Shown in pieces: positions 1 through 9,859 of a DNA stretch of 51,434 nt (the first letter of the stretch is position 1; each line of letters begins with the position of its first letter). A program made the translations under genes and the position numbers. The stretch covers positions 1 to 51,434 of the forward strand of contig JARGFS010000003.1 in the NCBI GenBank assembly GCA_029211095.1. The letters run 5' to 3'. The notes below the pieces were generated by a model, which saw only the letters and a program-made list of their open reading frames with translations, searched no databases and was not told where the DNA came from. The stretch is from a bacterium. GTDB lineage: Bacteria; Zixibacteria; MSB-5A5; GN15; FEB-12.

Positions 1-117
1 ACAACTCTGGAAATTGTCACCGGACTTTCCGACGGTATCAATATCGAGGTTGTCGAGGGGCTGGAAGAAGGGATGCTTCTGGTGGAACGTCCGCCGAAGG
101 AGATAACCGCCGACTAA
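1..117 (+). CDS. C-terminal fragment of efflux periplasmic adaptor (MacA/HlyD-like), 5'-truncated by window
   Basis: Frame 1 reads TTLEIVTGLSDGINIEVVEGLEEGMLLVERPPKEITAD*, a typical MFP C-terminal GLSDG..EV..GL motif, directly upstream of MacB-type permeases. Confidence 0.8.
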   Translation, partial: TTLEIVTGLSDGINIEVVEGLEEGMLLVERPPKEITAD

Positions 118-134
118 GCGGTTAGCGAGTCCCA

Positions 135-1370
135 ATGATTCCTTTGATGACCATTAAGCAGTTCTTCAACGACATGCGTCGCCAGAAACTTCGCTCAGCC
201 CTGACCATGTTCGGCATCTTCTGGGGGACCTGTTCTATTGTATTGCTTTTCGCCTTTGGTCAGGGGATAACGGAATCTCAGATCAAAGCACAGCGCGGGC
301 TAGGTGATAATATTGCTATTATTTGGCCGGGAGTTACATCCAAGGAGTTTCGTGGACTGCCGACCGGGCGGCGGGTTAGATTCACCGAAGAGGATGCACG
401 GCTGATCAAGTCCAAGGCGGCTACACTCAAAGGGATTTCACCTGAATATCGTGGCTGGAATATCAACCTTCGCTACAAAAAGCAGACAACGCTCCGATCG
501 GTCTCCGGTGTCTGGCCGGAGTTTAGCGATCTTCGCAACGTGATTCCGGATATCGGCTCTCGTTTCATCAATAAGCGCGACATGGATGAAAAGCGGCGCG
601 TGATTTTTCTTGGTGACAAACTGGCTGAAGATCTCTTTGAAGAGGCTGAACCGGTGGGACAGTCAGTCCTGTTCAACGGCACTCCCTTCACGGTGATCGG
701 GGTGATGAAAGAGAAAAAGCAGAATTCCTCTTATAATGGACGGGACAACCGGAACGCCTTTATTCCTTCAACAACTTTCAAAGCGATGTTTTCACGCCGA
801 TTTGTAAATGTGATGATCGTTCAGGCCTACCCGACCGCTTCTATGGAAGACACCAAGAGCGAAGTCTACAAAATCATGGGAGAGAGGTACAAGTTTGATC
901 CCAGTGATAAAGAGGCGCTCTCTATTTGGGATACCACGCGCGGGATTGCATTTTTGAAAACATTTTTTATGGCCTTCCAGTACTTTCTATTTGGGATCGG
1001 GGTTGCCACTCTGATCACCGGAGGGATTGGAGTGTCAAACATCATGAATGTGGTTCTGGAGGAACGGACCAAGGAGATTGGGATCAAAATGGCTCTTGGG
1101 GCCAAGAAGCAGATGATCATGTTGCAGTTTGTGTTAGAGACGCTTCTGATAACCGCCATCGGCGGACTGCTGGGATTCCTTTTTGCCTACGCTCTGATTC
1201 AGGTTTTTCCTTACCTGGAACTTGATGAGTTTATCGGGACCCCACGAGTGAATATGGTGGGTAGTCTGATGGTTATCGGCGTGCTTGGCCTGGTCGGTTT
1301 GGCATCCGGTTATTTCCCGGCGCGAAGAGCGGCCAACCTGCAGCCGGTGCAGGCATTAAAACTGTTTTAG
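135..1370 (+). CDS. ABC transporter permease, MacB/FtsX family
   Basis: N-terminal TM (LRSALTMFGIFWG), periplasmic domain, GGIGVSNIM..ERTKEIGIKMALGA and PARRAA.L.P motifs. Confidence 0.95.
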   Translation: MIPLMTIKQFFNDMRRQKLRSALTMFGIFWGTCSIVLLFAFGQGITESQIKAQRGLGDNIAIIWPGVTSKEFRGLPTGRRVRFTEEDARLIKSKAATLKGISPEYRGWNINLRYKKQTTLRSVSGVWPEFSDLRNVIPDIGSRFINKRDMDEKRRVIFLGDKLAEDLFEEAEPVGQSVLFNGTPFTVIGVMKEKKQNSSYNGRDNRNAFIPSTTFKAMFSRRFVNVMIVQAYPTASMEDTKSEVYKIMGERYKFDPSDKEALSIWDTTRGIAFLKTFFMAFQYFLFGIGVATLITGGIGVSNIMNVVLEERTKEIGIKMALGAKKQMIMLQFVLETLLITAIGGLLGFLFAYALIQVFPYLELDEFIGTPRVNMVGSLMVIGVLGLVGLASGYFPARRAANLQPVQALKLF

Positions 1371-1379
1371 GATAGAACT

Positions 1380-2627
1380 ATGAAGATTGGAATCATTTAC
1401 AACGTCTTCCTCAGAGATTTTAGAAAGCAGAAGAAGCGGATAGCGCTCACGCTGATCGCTCTGGTGTGGGGGACGATTTCAATCATGTTGCTGCTCGGTT
1501 TTGGTGAGGGGCTGCACCGGCAGATGACTGTGAATGATAAGGGGCTGGGCGAGGGGATTGCAATTGTCTGGGGCGGGCAGACTTCCATACCGTTCAAAGG
1601 AATGGGCAAGGGGCGGCGCATCCGGTTGAATACCGATGATTTAGACTATATTAAGGGGCGCATACCGGAGATAAAAGAGATTGGCGGCCAATACGACCGA
1701 TGGGGCGTGAACCTCCAGTACGGGGATCAAGTGATATCCGAGCATTGTGTTGGTCTGACCCCCAACTACAGGCAGATGCGTAATCTCAATCCGCAGATGG
1801 GCGGACGGATGATAAATGAACTGGATCTGAAATATAAGCGGCGCGTGATTTTCCTGGGGGACAATGTTGCTGATCGTCTCATGGGAGGAGATGAACCGAT
1901 CGGGAAACAGATAATGCTCAACTCAATACCGTTTACGGTAGTTGGCGTGATGGCCCAGAAGCTCCAGAACTCCAGCTACGGGGGCATGGATGAAAACCAG
2001 GTCTCAATTCCGCTGACCACCTTCAAAGCAATCTTTGGTGATCCGTATCTGGACAATATTGTGTACCAGATTTCCGATGTGAGCCGGAATGAAGAAATAG
2101 AAAAGGAACTCTATGCGGTCATGGGAGAGCGCTATAAGTTTGATCCCGAAGATGAGCGCGCTCTGTCTGTCTGGGATACGGTGGCCGGCAAAAAAGAGTT
2201 TGATCAGATCATGTTCGGTATCCAGATTTTTATGGGTATAATCGGCGGCCTTACTCTACTCATTGCCGGGGTTGGCGTGGCAAACATAATGTATGTGTCC
2301 ATCAAGGAGCGCACCCGTGAGATCGGTATCAAGATGGCAATGGGGGCGAGGCGTTCCTATATCCTGACCCAGTTCCTTTTGGAAGCAATCCTGATTACAT
2401 TCGGCGGCGGTGTTCTGGGGATGGCGCTGAGCTATATAATGACCGAGGGATTCAAGCGCATTCCGATTGAGTCAGATGTTTTGGATATGATGGGCAGACC
2501 TACGATATCGTTGGAGATCGGACTTTTGGTGATTGTCATTCTGAGTGTTATGGGCATTCTGGCCGGGCTTTTTCCGGCCATGCGGGCTTCTTCGGTCAAC
2601 CCGGTGGAATCGCTGCGCTATGAATAA
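1380..2627 (+). CDS. ABC transporter permease, MacB/FtsX family (tandem paralog)
   Basis: GVGVANIM..ERTREIGIKMAMGA, PAMRAS.V.PVESLRYE; collinear with 135..1370. Confidence 0.95.
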   Translation: MKIGIIYNVFLRDFRKQKKRIALTLIALVWGTISIMLLLGFGEGLHRQMTVNDKGLGEGIAIVWGGQTSIPFKGMGKGRRIRLNTDDLDYIKGRIPEIKEIGGQYDRWGVNLQYGDQVISEHCVGLTPNYRQMRNLNPQMGGRMINELDLKYKRRVIFLGDNVADRLMGGDEPIGKQIMLNSIPFTVVGVMAQKLQNSSYGGMDENQVSIPLTTFKAIFGDPYLDNIVYQISDVSRNEEIEKELYAVMGERYKFDPEDERALSVWDTVAGKKEFDQIMFGIQIFMGIIGGLTLLIAGVGVANIMYVSIKERTREIGIKMAMGARRSYILTQFLLEAILITFGGGVLGMALSYIMTEGFKRIPIESDVLDMMGRPTISLEIGLLVIVILSVMGILAGLFPAMRASSVNPVESLRYE

Positions 2628-2647
2628 CTGCATGGGAGCAAATTGCT

Positions 2648-3337
2648 ATGATTAGAATGAACCAGGTAGTCAAAAGCTATACTACCGGCAAAGTGGATTT
2701 TACGGCGCTCAAAGGGATTGACCTGCATATCCGCAAAGGGGAACTGGCGGCCGTGATTGGTCCTTCCGGTTCAGGAAAATCCACCCTGATGAATATTGTT
2801 GGCTGCCTTGACATCCCTTCTTCGGGCGAATATATGCTGGAAGGGAGCGATGTTGGACAGCTCTCCTCTAATGAACTTGCCGAGATCAGGAATAGGAAAA
2901 TTGGTTTTGTCTTTCAGGCTTTCAATCTTCTGCCGTATGCCACTGCCTATGAGAATGTGGAAGTTCCGTTGCTATTTGCCGGGGCCAAAGCAAAGTATCG
3001 GCGCGAGCGGGTGATAGAGTTGCTGTCCCGGGTTGGCCTGGCTAACAAAGTATCCAACCGGCCGACCGAAATGTCCGGTGGTGAAATGCAGCGCGTGGCC
3101 ATTGCCAGAGCGCTGGCCAATGAACCGGATGTTATCCTGGCTGATGAGCCGACCGGAAACCTGGATAGTAAATCCGGCGGGGAGATTGTGAAGCTGTTTC
3201 ATGAACTCTGGGAATCGGGTAAGACAATAATTATGATTACCCATGACAACAATATTGCCGCGACTGCGGAGCGGGTCATCAAGCTCAAAGATGGCATGAT
3301 TGATTCCAACGGTTTGAAAGCGAGGACGTCCGCCTGA
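2648..3337 (+). CDS. ABC transporter ATP-binding protein, LolD/MacB-type
   Basis: Walker [10 protein letters not shown], signature MSGGEMQR, Walker [13 protein letters not shown]-loop ITHD. Confidence 0.95.
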   Translation: MIRMNQVVKSYTTGKVDFTALKGIDLHIRKGELAAVIGPSGSGKSTLMNIVGCLDIPSSGEYMLEGSDVGQLSSNELAEIRNRKIGFVFQAFNLLPYATAYENVEVPLLFAGAKAKYRRERVIELLSRVGLANKVSNRPTEMSGGEMQRVAIARALANEPDVILADEPTGNLDSKSGGEIVKLFHELWESGKTIIMITHDNNIAATAERVIKLKDGMIDSNGLKARTSA

Positions 3338-3370
3338 TCGACATGCTACCATTCAAAGAGAATCGGGTGG

Positions 3371-3663
3371 CCGTCTCAGACTCGTTTGGGACGGATTGTA
3401 TGTTCAACCGGAATCAGGGCCAAACAAGTTTGGCCCTGGCACTCCGGCATCGTCATAACCACCCTTCGACAGGCTCAGGGTGACCTGGTCCCCATAAGAA
3501 GTGTAACAGGTATGCATGCAAAGCATGAGTAGGGCGGAATTCCCTTCGACAAGCTCAGGACAGGCTTTAGCAGTTCCGCCTTCGCTTTGTTGGTATGACC
3601 GCTGGAATATTTTGCATTACTGAGTTGAGTTGAATTGTCGGGACCGTAAAGGTCCCGACCTAC
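3371..3663. repeat. Cluster of REP-like palindromes
   Basis: Hairpins at 3371-3394 and 3415-3438 (CAGGGCCAAAC-AA-GTTTGGCCCTG); CCCTTCGACA(G/A)GCTCAGG elements at 3460-3482 and 3542-3564; GTAG-footed REPs at 3529-3580 (+) and 3637-3663 (-, GTAG-GTCGGGACC-TTTAC-GGTCCCGAC). Confidence 0.75.
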
Positions 3664-3749
3664 GAAGAATATGCTCGCTACGAAGAATATGCTCGCTACG
3701 AAGAATGTGCTCGCTACGAAGAATATGCTCGCTACGAAGAATATGCTCG
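3660..3749. repeat. Tandem repeat, 5 x 18 bp (CTACGAAGAATATGCTCG)
   Basis: Five contiguous copies with one A>G substitution in copy 3; no spacers. Confidence 0.95.
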
Positions 3750-3773
3750 CGAGGCTCTTAGCGCATCAAATGC

Positions 3774-3802
3774 AAAGCGGCAGGCGCTGTGCCTGCCGCT
3801 TT
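3774..3802. terminator. Probable bidirectional intrinsic terminator
   Basis: AAAGCGGCAGGC-GCTGT-GCCTGCCGCTTT perfect 12-bp stem between convergent genes. Confidence 0.7.
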
Positions 3803-3885
3803 CGGCGTATATACAAAACAGATAGCGTGGCTCTCTAAAATGGCCGCATCCCGGAAATGCCGCCTAACTCATTTCTGTTATCGTA

Positions 3886-6012
3886 CTACCGTTCGGCCAA
3901 TTCCTGTTTAAGCTCGCGTGCCTGACTGAGGAGATAGAGGAACTGATCAGTCTTAGTCGACTCCAATTCCGAAGTTGCTCTGCGGGCGACACGAACCAAG
4001 TCATTCAGATCGGACCTTTTGGCCCAATAAGAGTTGCGAAGAATCTCCGCAAGCTCCGCAGCACAGGCAGCCAGTTGAAATTCCGAGCTGGTGCGCTCGA
4101 AACTACTGTTGATAGCTTGGGGACTGAGCATAAAGCGCTCTTCGGCAACTTCAAACAGACTTTCCACCGGATGCCATTCGTCACTTTCAAAACGGCGCTC
4201 ATTTTCGCGCGGATCGTCGTCATCCCGATAGACCGGCACATAGTCCGGCTTTTTGTATCGGATGTTAACATACCCGATAGCCCGTTTGGGAAAACCGTGA
4301 TGTACCTTAATCTCGTAGAGGGCGGTCACGGAATGTCCGGCCCCAATCTCACCGCCATCGACAGTATCATTGCGGAAATCCTTGTCAGCGACATCCCGGT
4401 TTTCATACCCCAGGAGGCGATAGCTGCGGACCACCGAAGGATCAAAGTCGACCTGGATCTTAACATCGCGGGCGATCACCTGAAGGTTTCCGGTCAGGTT
4501 GTCCACAAAGATGCGCTTGGCTTCATGAATGTCATCGACATAAGCATAGTAGCCGTTCCCTTTGTTGCCCAGCTTCTCAAGCAGAATATCGTTGTAATTT
4601 CCCATGCCAAACCCGATTGAGCTGAGCGTGATCCCTTTACCGGCATACCGCTTGATTTCTTTCAGGATAGCCTCGGCACCGGTCTGGCCAACGTTGGCGA
4701 CACCGTCGCTGCAGAGGATTACACGATTGATCTTGCGCGGGTCAAACATCCGATTAGCCATAGCGTAGCCGAGTTTAATCCCCTGCTCGGCATAGGTGGC
4801 ACCGTTGGGTACCAGCATATCAATCGCCTGATATATCCTATTTCGGTCCTTAATTGAAGTTGGTTGGAGAACTTCATAAGCAGTGGAACCGTAGACGACG
4901 ATTCCAACTTTATCATCCGATTTCAACTGGTCAACCAGCATCCGCAATGCTTTCCTGACCAACCCGAGACGGTCTTCACGCCCCATTGATCCAGAGACAT
5001 CGACAACAAAAGTCAGATTGGCCGGTTTACGGTCGCGCGGGTCAATCTCCTGCCCCTTGATTCCGATCCGGAGGAGGTAGCTGTTCTGGCCAAAGTACGA
5101 AGGAGAACCCTCGAAAGAGAGATCGAACGGTTTGTTGTGTGGGGCTTTGTAGTTGTAATCAAAGTGATTGATAAACTCTTCCACACGTACGGCATCCTTT
5201 GGTGGAAGATTACCGCTTTCCAGGTAACTTCTGGTCATGATATAGGAGGCGTCATCAACATCTATGGCAAAGGTCGAGAGATGGTCATCTTCGGTATCGA
5301 CAAACGGATTGACACCATAGTTCTCGAAAAACATAGCGTCGTAGGCCTCGCCATTGACAATAGCGTTCCCGCCATGCGCCGGAGAATAAGCGGTCCTGTC
5401 CTGCCGGGGAGGTATCACGCAGGTAGGTGCACCCATGACCGAAGCAGTTTTCTTTTTTCCGTCGACAACGTAAGCGACATCACCTGCTCTACCACCTTTA
5501 ACGTTGGGTTTCCCGGCGGTTCCAGTAACAACTCCGGCGACCTGATTCAGCATTTCATCGACAGTTGCGACGGGACGTGGCTTGATCTCTTCTTTTGAGA
5601 TTGTCACCTGACTTGAGACTCCGAACTTTTCGATGATATCAGGCTCGGCAGTTATTTTGATAGTTTTGCTAAGATCGGTCGTCCTTTTTTCCAGTAACAA
5701 CTTCAGTTCCAGGGCCTGATCTGCCGTGATTGTTATTGAGTCAATCTCGACCACATTGTATTCCAGGTGAGAAACTTTCAGAGTGTAGCTGCCGGGGGGG
5801 AGAGTTCTGATCAGGAACTTCCCATCAAAGTCAGTCAGGGCGCCCATAGTGGTGCCCACGACCGCAACGGAAGCACTGACAATTGGATCACCGGTAGTTT
5901 TGTCGGTAATGGTACCTTTGATTTGTCCGGTGGAACCGGCCCTTAGAGCCAGGGTAAGTCCGAGCAGGACAATGAAGAGGAAAAGATAGGGAAGCGCTTT
6001 GCGTGTAAACAT
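3886..6012 (-). CDS. Secreted vWA-domain protein (carboxypeptidase-regulatory-like + TonB-plug-like + YfbK/DUF3520-type vWA)
   Basis: Start reassigned to ATG 6012 (GGAGG SD); signal peptide; TG.IKG.ITD..TG.P N-domain; GGRAGDVAYVVDG plug-like motif; STFAIDVDDASY, VRVEEFINHF, MIDAS DVSGSM, YRLLGYENR, DGGEIGAGHSVTALYE. Confidence 0.88.
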   Translation of the reverse strand: MFTRKALPYLFLFIVLLGLTLALRAGSTGQIKGTITDKTTGDPIVSASVAVVGTTMGALTDFDGKFLIRTLPPGSYTLKVSHLEYNVVEIDSITITADQALELKLLLEKRTTDLSKTIKITAEPDIIEKFGVSSQVTISKEEIKPRPVATVDEMLNQVAGVVTGTAGKPNVKGGRAGDVAYVVDGKKKTASVMGAPTCVIPPRQDRTAYSPAHGGNAIVNGEAYDAMFFENYGVNPFVDTEDDHLSTFAIDVDDASYIMTRSYLESGNLPPKDAVRVEEFINHFDYNYKAPHNKPFDLSFEGSPSYFGQNSYLLRIGIKGQEIDPRDRKPANLTFVVDVSGSMGREDRLGLVRKALRMLVDQLKSDDKVGIVVYGSTAYEVLQPTSIKDRNRIYQAIDMLVPNGATYAEQGIKLGYAMANRMFDPRKINRVILCSDGVANVGQTGAEAILKEIKRYAGKGITLSSIGFGMGNYNDILLEKLGNKGNGYYAYVDDIHEAKRIFVDNLTGNLQVIARDVKIQVDFDPSVVRSYRLLGYENRDVADKDFRNDTVDGGEIGAGHSVTALYEIKVHHGFPKRAIGYVNIRYKKPDYVPVYRDDDDPRENERRFESDEWHPVESLFEVAEERFMLSPQAINSSFERTSSEFQLAACAAELAEILRNSYWAKRSDLNDLVRVARRATSELESTKTDQFLYLLSQARELKQELAER

Positions 6013-6155
6013 GTTACACCTCCAGAACAACTGGTTAGAGAAGATTTCTGCTTTCTGAAGGGGATTACACCAATGAGACGAACTTCTTCCCATATTTGTG
6101 CACAGGCAAGGGATGGTTTCTTGTAAGTTAAGTGACAGGAATAATTTACGGACAC

Positions 6156-6181
6156 AAAAAGGCCGCCCGATGGGCGGCCTT
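6156..6181 (-). terminator. Intrinsic terminator of M6 protease gene
   Basis: Minus strand AAGGCCGCCC-ATC-GGGCGGCCTTTTT. Confidence 0.85.
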
Positions 6182-6207
6182 AGTAGATTCAGGGTGTCAT
6201 TCGATTA

Positions 6208-8244
6208 CTAAAACGCCGGACACGGCGCCGGGGCTGGTCCACCGGCAAAGAGATAGTCGACAAAGTAAGTCAGGTCGCTGATGTCATAGTTGTTATCTCC
6301 GGTAACATCTCCATGCTGAGGACAGGCTGCAACAGGTCCAAAGTTGAAGAGGAAATCAACCTGATCGGTGAGATCAGTTATATCCACGGAACCATCACTG
6401 TTATAGTCTCCCCGCAAGACGCAACAGCATGCATTGCCAATGCCGTCCAGGTTGTTGTCCAACTGATCCGGGTTGGAAACGGTGGGGCAATTATCAGTGG
6501 CATAACAGTGGCCATCGGAGTCATCATCGTTGAGGGGATCATCCGGGCAAACATCACAAGCATCGCCAAAAGTGTCGCTGTCAGAATCGATCTGATCATC
6601 GTTGATGTCATCCGGGCAGTTGTCACAGGCGTTGCCGTAAATGTCACCATCATTGTTGGCCTGGTCACCGTTGGGAGTGTCAACACAATTGTCGGTGTCA
6701 TCCGAGACCCCGTCACCATCAGAATCAACCCCATTCGGGCTATTGACATAGGCGTACAGTTTGTCGCCTACAATAGAGTCAACCCGAACGACAATCCCGC
6801 TCGGACCGTAGTAGCCATTACTGTTTGGAGTCGAACTCGGGTTAAACTCAGACTGTCCGGAAGTGTTGTTGTTCCAGGCTCCACCGAGCCGGGTTTCATA
6901 TGGATACCACCACTGAGCGGAATCGGTTACGCTACCTTCGGGGTTCATGGTATGGTCAAAGGCCGGATTGTACCCGGCATCTTCGACAATGACTTTATAA
7001 TGAGCCCAGTCCGGGGTGCCATTGTTGTTCCAGGAGCCAACCGAGTCATGGATATGGGTGATGATCAATCCCTGGTCCAAAGTGTCCGAACCGTAAGTCA
7101 GATCGGGATAGAAGTAGCAGGAGTAGTCCGCGTCCACCTTGTCATACTGCGCTGTCGAGTGCGGGTTGCGGTACTCCAGGTAGAAAAATTCCCCATCCGC
7201 CCAGTTGATGGGGAGAATGTAAAGGGAACTGTCCTGATGCGTTTCAACATCGTACAGGACAACATCGAAAAACTCCCCCTGTTCGAGCACGACCGGATTC
7301 ACCCAGCCCAGTTCATATTTGCTCCAGCCACAGGGGTGCGAAGGATTGTTGCTCTCGCCACCGAGCGAGAAGACACCATAGCCGCCATAGCCCATAACGC
7401 ACCAGTCGGTCAGCGGATGATCATTGAAGTCATTGGGGGTGGTGTAAGTTGACATGACCAGTTTGTCATCATAGTCATACAGATCGGGCAGGCCCAGATT
7501 ATGCATAAGCTCATGACAGTATACGCGAATGCCGCTCAGTCGCTCACCATTGTCACAGGTGGTCGGCCAGAAATCATAACGAGTAGGGTATGACTCGGGC
7601 GAAGTATTCCATGAAGAGACCATCTTGCCATCAAAGGGTCCGGGACCGCCGCCCGGAGTGTAGCGGTAGGCGTGGGACCAGATATCGGCCGGGTCATTGA
7701 ACTCGCAGGCTTCGCTGAATTCAAGGCCGACCCCGGAACGAATGAACACGACCGCATCGACAATTCCATCATCGTCACCGTCATATTGAGAGAAATCGAT
7801 AAACGGGTCCAACTCGTACAAAAGGCTCTCAAAGTCATACCAACCGGAGGCCGGGTTGGGGTCAGTGTGCCAACCATAGACATCGCCGACAACGGTCACC
7901 GTGCCATAAGAGACTTCGTTGACATAGTCAGCCACCGAGCCGCCGGGGAATACGTGATCGGAAAACATCAGGCTGTCCATGGTCTCCGCAGAATATGTGT
8001 GAGGCCGATCCACCCAATCGACCAGGATGGCCAGAACCTTAAGCGTGTCACCGGAAAATCGGTAGGCGGCAATGTCCAACGAGTCCTGTCGGGTCAACTC
8101 CGAGATTGGAACCGGCCCATAAGCCTTTTCCAGCTCATTGTCCGGAAAGTCGTACATTATTCCTTGGGAGAGATCAATTCCGAAGACTGCAGACGAGACC
8201 AGAAGAATCAAAGTTATCGTCAGGAGGCCTGATTTTGCGAACAT
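6208..8244 (-). CDS. M6-family (immune inhibitor A-like) metalloprotease with thrombospondin type-3 repeats and C-terminal dockerin-like domain
   Basis: ATG 8244 with AAAGGA SD and signal peptide; HELMHNLGLPDLY, WCVMGYG; D.DGDG..D..DNC repeats; CCCVLRGD..DITDLT..VDFLF / DISDLTYFVDYLF tail. Confidence 0.9.
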   Translation of the reverse strand: MFAKSGLLTITLILLVSSAVFGIDLSQGIMYDFPDNELEKAYGPVPISELTRQDSLDIAAYRFSGDTLKVLAILVDWVDRPHTYSAETMDSLMFSDHVFPGGSVADYVNEVSYGTVTVVGDVYGWHTDPNPASGWYDFESLLYELDPFIDFSQYDGDDDGIVDAVVFIRSGVGLEFSEACEFNDPADIWSHAYRYTPGGGPGPFDGKMVSSWNTSPESYPTRYDFWPTTCDNGERLSGIRVYCHELMHNLGLPDLYDYDDKLVMSTYTTPNDFNDHPLTDWCVMGYGGYGVFSLGGESNNPSHPCGWSKYELGWVNPVVLEQGEFFDVVLYDVETHQDSSLYILPINWADGEFFYLEYRNPHSTAQYDKVDADYSCYFYPDLTYGSDTLDQGLIITHIHDSVGSWNNNGTPDWAHYKVIVEDAGYNPAFDHTMNPEGSVTDSAQWWYPYETRLGGAWNNNTSGQSEFNPSSTPNSNGYYGPSGIVVRVDSIVGDKLYAYVNSPNGVDSDGDGVSDDTDNCVDTPNGDQANNDGDIYGNACDNCPDDINDDQIDSDSDTFGDACDVCPDDPLNDDDSDGHCYATDNCPTVSNPDQLDNNLDGIGNACCCVLRGDYNSDGSVDITDLTDQVDFLFNFGPVAACPQHGDVTGDNNYDISDLTYFVDYLFAGGPAPAPCPAF

Positions 8245-8290
8245 GATGGTTCCTTTCGGCGGTGAGAACATATTAAAGAACTACATATCC

Positions 8291-8318
8291 AATTTACGGT
8301 TTGAATGGATTCTGTCAA
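8291..8318 (-). promoter_or_regulatory. Sigma70-type promoter of M6 protease gene
   Basis: Minus strand TTGACA-N16-TAAATT about 45 nt upstream of the start. Confidence 0.55.
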
Positions 8319-8459
8319 GGCTGCAAAGCGGCTGCCGCACCGGCTGCGCCGATAGCGAGTCTGCGGGTACATCTGCCAGTTTATATTTCAATCTTGATCT
8401 GTACCCGTAATTGATGCAGATTATGCTCAATTAGTCAGATATTTTGGAGGATACCAATA

Positions 8460-9686
8460 GTGCGCGAGTTAATACGTGAAGGATTGTCTAATTTAGGGGT
8501 GGTGGAATCGGCCAGCGAAACGGTGACCTGGCTAGTAGCAGCGCTGATTATTATATTGTTAGCGGTTCTCTCTCATCTGATAACACGCCGTATTCTTTTG
8601 ACAACTGTGGCCATTGTCGTTCGCAAGAGCAAAACCAAGTGGGACGATGTTCTGGTTGAACGGAAGTTTTTCCGAAGGATTGCCCATTTAGCTCCGGCTA
8701 TGGTAGTTTATGCTACTGCTCATTATTTGCCGGAAATTGAAACGCTGCTGATCAAATTCTCCAATGTCTATATGCTTTTTGTTGGGGTGATGGCTGTTTC
8801 AGCATTCTTGTCATCTGTCAATGATATCTATCAGGGATATGAGATATCCAAGGGACGCCCCATCAAAGGATATATCCAGGTCGTCAAGATCATTGTTTTT
8901 GTAATGGTAGGGATCAGTGTTTTTGCATCGCTGATCGGCAAGTCACCGCTGGCGATATTGGGGGGCGTGGGGGCGATGTCGGCGGTGATGCTTCTGATTT
9001 TCAAAGACTCAATCCTTGGCCTGGTGGCCGGTATCCAGCTTTCGGCCAATGATATGGTCCGGGTGGGGGACTGGATTGAGATGCCGAAATTCGGGGCCGA
9101 TGGGGATGTTATCGATCTCTCCCTTAACACTGTCCAAGTGCAAAACTGGGACAAGACGATTGTCAGTATCCCAGCCTATGGTCTGATTTCTGATTCATTC
9201 AAGAACTGGCGCGGAATGGAACAGTCTGGCGGACGGCGGATCAAGCGGGCGATCAATATCGACATGACGAGTGTGAGATTCTGCGATGAAGAGATGCTGC
9301 AGCGGTTTAAGAGATTTGAGTATCTCAAGGACTATATCAGCGTCAGGCAGAGTGAGATCGATCAGCACAACAAAGAGAAGAATATAGACAATTCCGAGTT
9401 GGTGAATGGCCGACGGATGACCAACCTGGGGACATTCCGCGCCTACCTGGTCGCCTATCTAAAAAGCCATCCCAAAATTCATCAGGAGATGACTTTCTTG
9501 GTTCGGCATCTGAGTCCGACCGAGAAGGGGTTGCCGATTGAGATTTATGTATTCTCCAATGACCAGGCCTGGGCGAATTACGAAGCTATCATGGCTGACA
9601 TTTTTGATCATCTGCTGGCGGTGATCCCGCGTTTTGATCTTCGCGTCTTCCAAAACCCGACCGGCCAGGACTGGCGGAGAGTTTGA
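8460..9686 (+). CDS. ybdG: Mechanosensitive ion channel, MscS family (YbdG-like)
   Basis: GTG start with GGAGG; FKDSILGLVAGIQLSANDMVRVGDWIEMP, VQNWDKTI, FKNWRGM..SGGRRIKR. Confidence 0.92.
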   Translation: MRELIREGLSNLGVVESASETVTWLVAALIIILLAVLSHLITRRILLTTVAIVVRKSKTKWDDVLVERKFFRRIAHLAPAMVVYATAHYLPEIETLLIKFSNVYMLFVGVMAVSAFLSSVNDIYQGYEISKGRPIKGYIQVVKIIVFVMVGISVFASLIGKSPLAILGGVGAMSAVMLLIFKDSILGLVAGIQLSANDMVRVGDWIEMPKFGADGDVIDLSLNTVQVQNWDKTIVSIPAYGLISDSFKNWRGMEQSGGRRIKRAINIDMTSVRFCDEEMLQRFKRFEYLKDYISVRQSEIDQHNKEKNIDNSELVNGRRMTNLGTFRAYLVAYLKSHPKIHQEMTFLVRHLSPTEKGLPIEIYVFSNDQAWANYEAIMADIFDHLLAVIPRFDLRVFQNPTGQDWRRV

Positions 9687-9748
9687 TAAGGGGGGACGAG
9701 GCCACCGCTCTTTTTCTCTCCGAGTATACTTAGCGATGTATACATTCA

Positions 9749-9812
9749 GTCATCTCGAGCACAGTCGAGAGATGATCAGGTAATAGTTCGCCCTTCGACT
9801 GAGCTCAGGGCG
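9749..9812. repeat. Inverted pair of CTTCGAC..GCTCAGG-family REP elements
   Basis: 9749-9773 GTCATCTCGAGCACAGTCGAGAGAT (reverse orientation) and 9789-9812 CGCCCTTCGACTGAGCTCAGGGCG, matching the copies at 3460 and 3542. Confidence 0.7.
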
Positions 9813-9859
9813 GCTGGGATCAGGCGCGAAGTGTTGTGATCAAAGCTCAGCCGGGCACA

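Noticed and set aside
3660-3749. Possible CRISPR array
   Set aside because: Units are contiguous 18-mers without unique spacers, and no cas genes are present
6313-8232. Long plus-strand ORFs (379 and 186 aa)
   Set aside because: Antisense shadows of the M6 protease with no motifs
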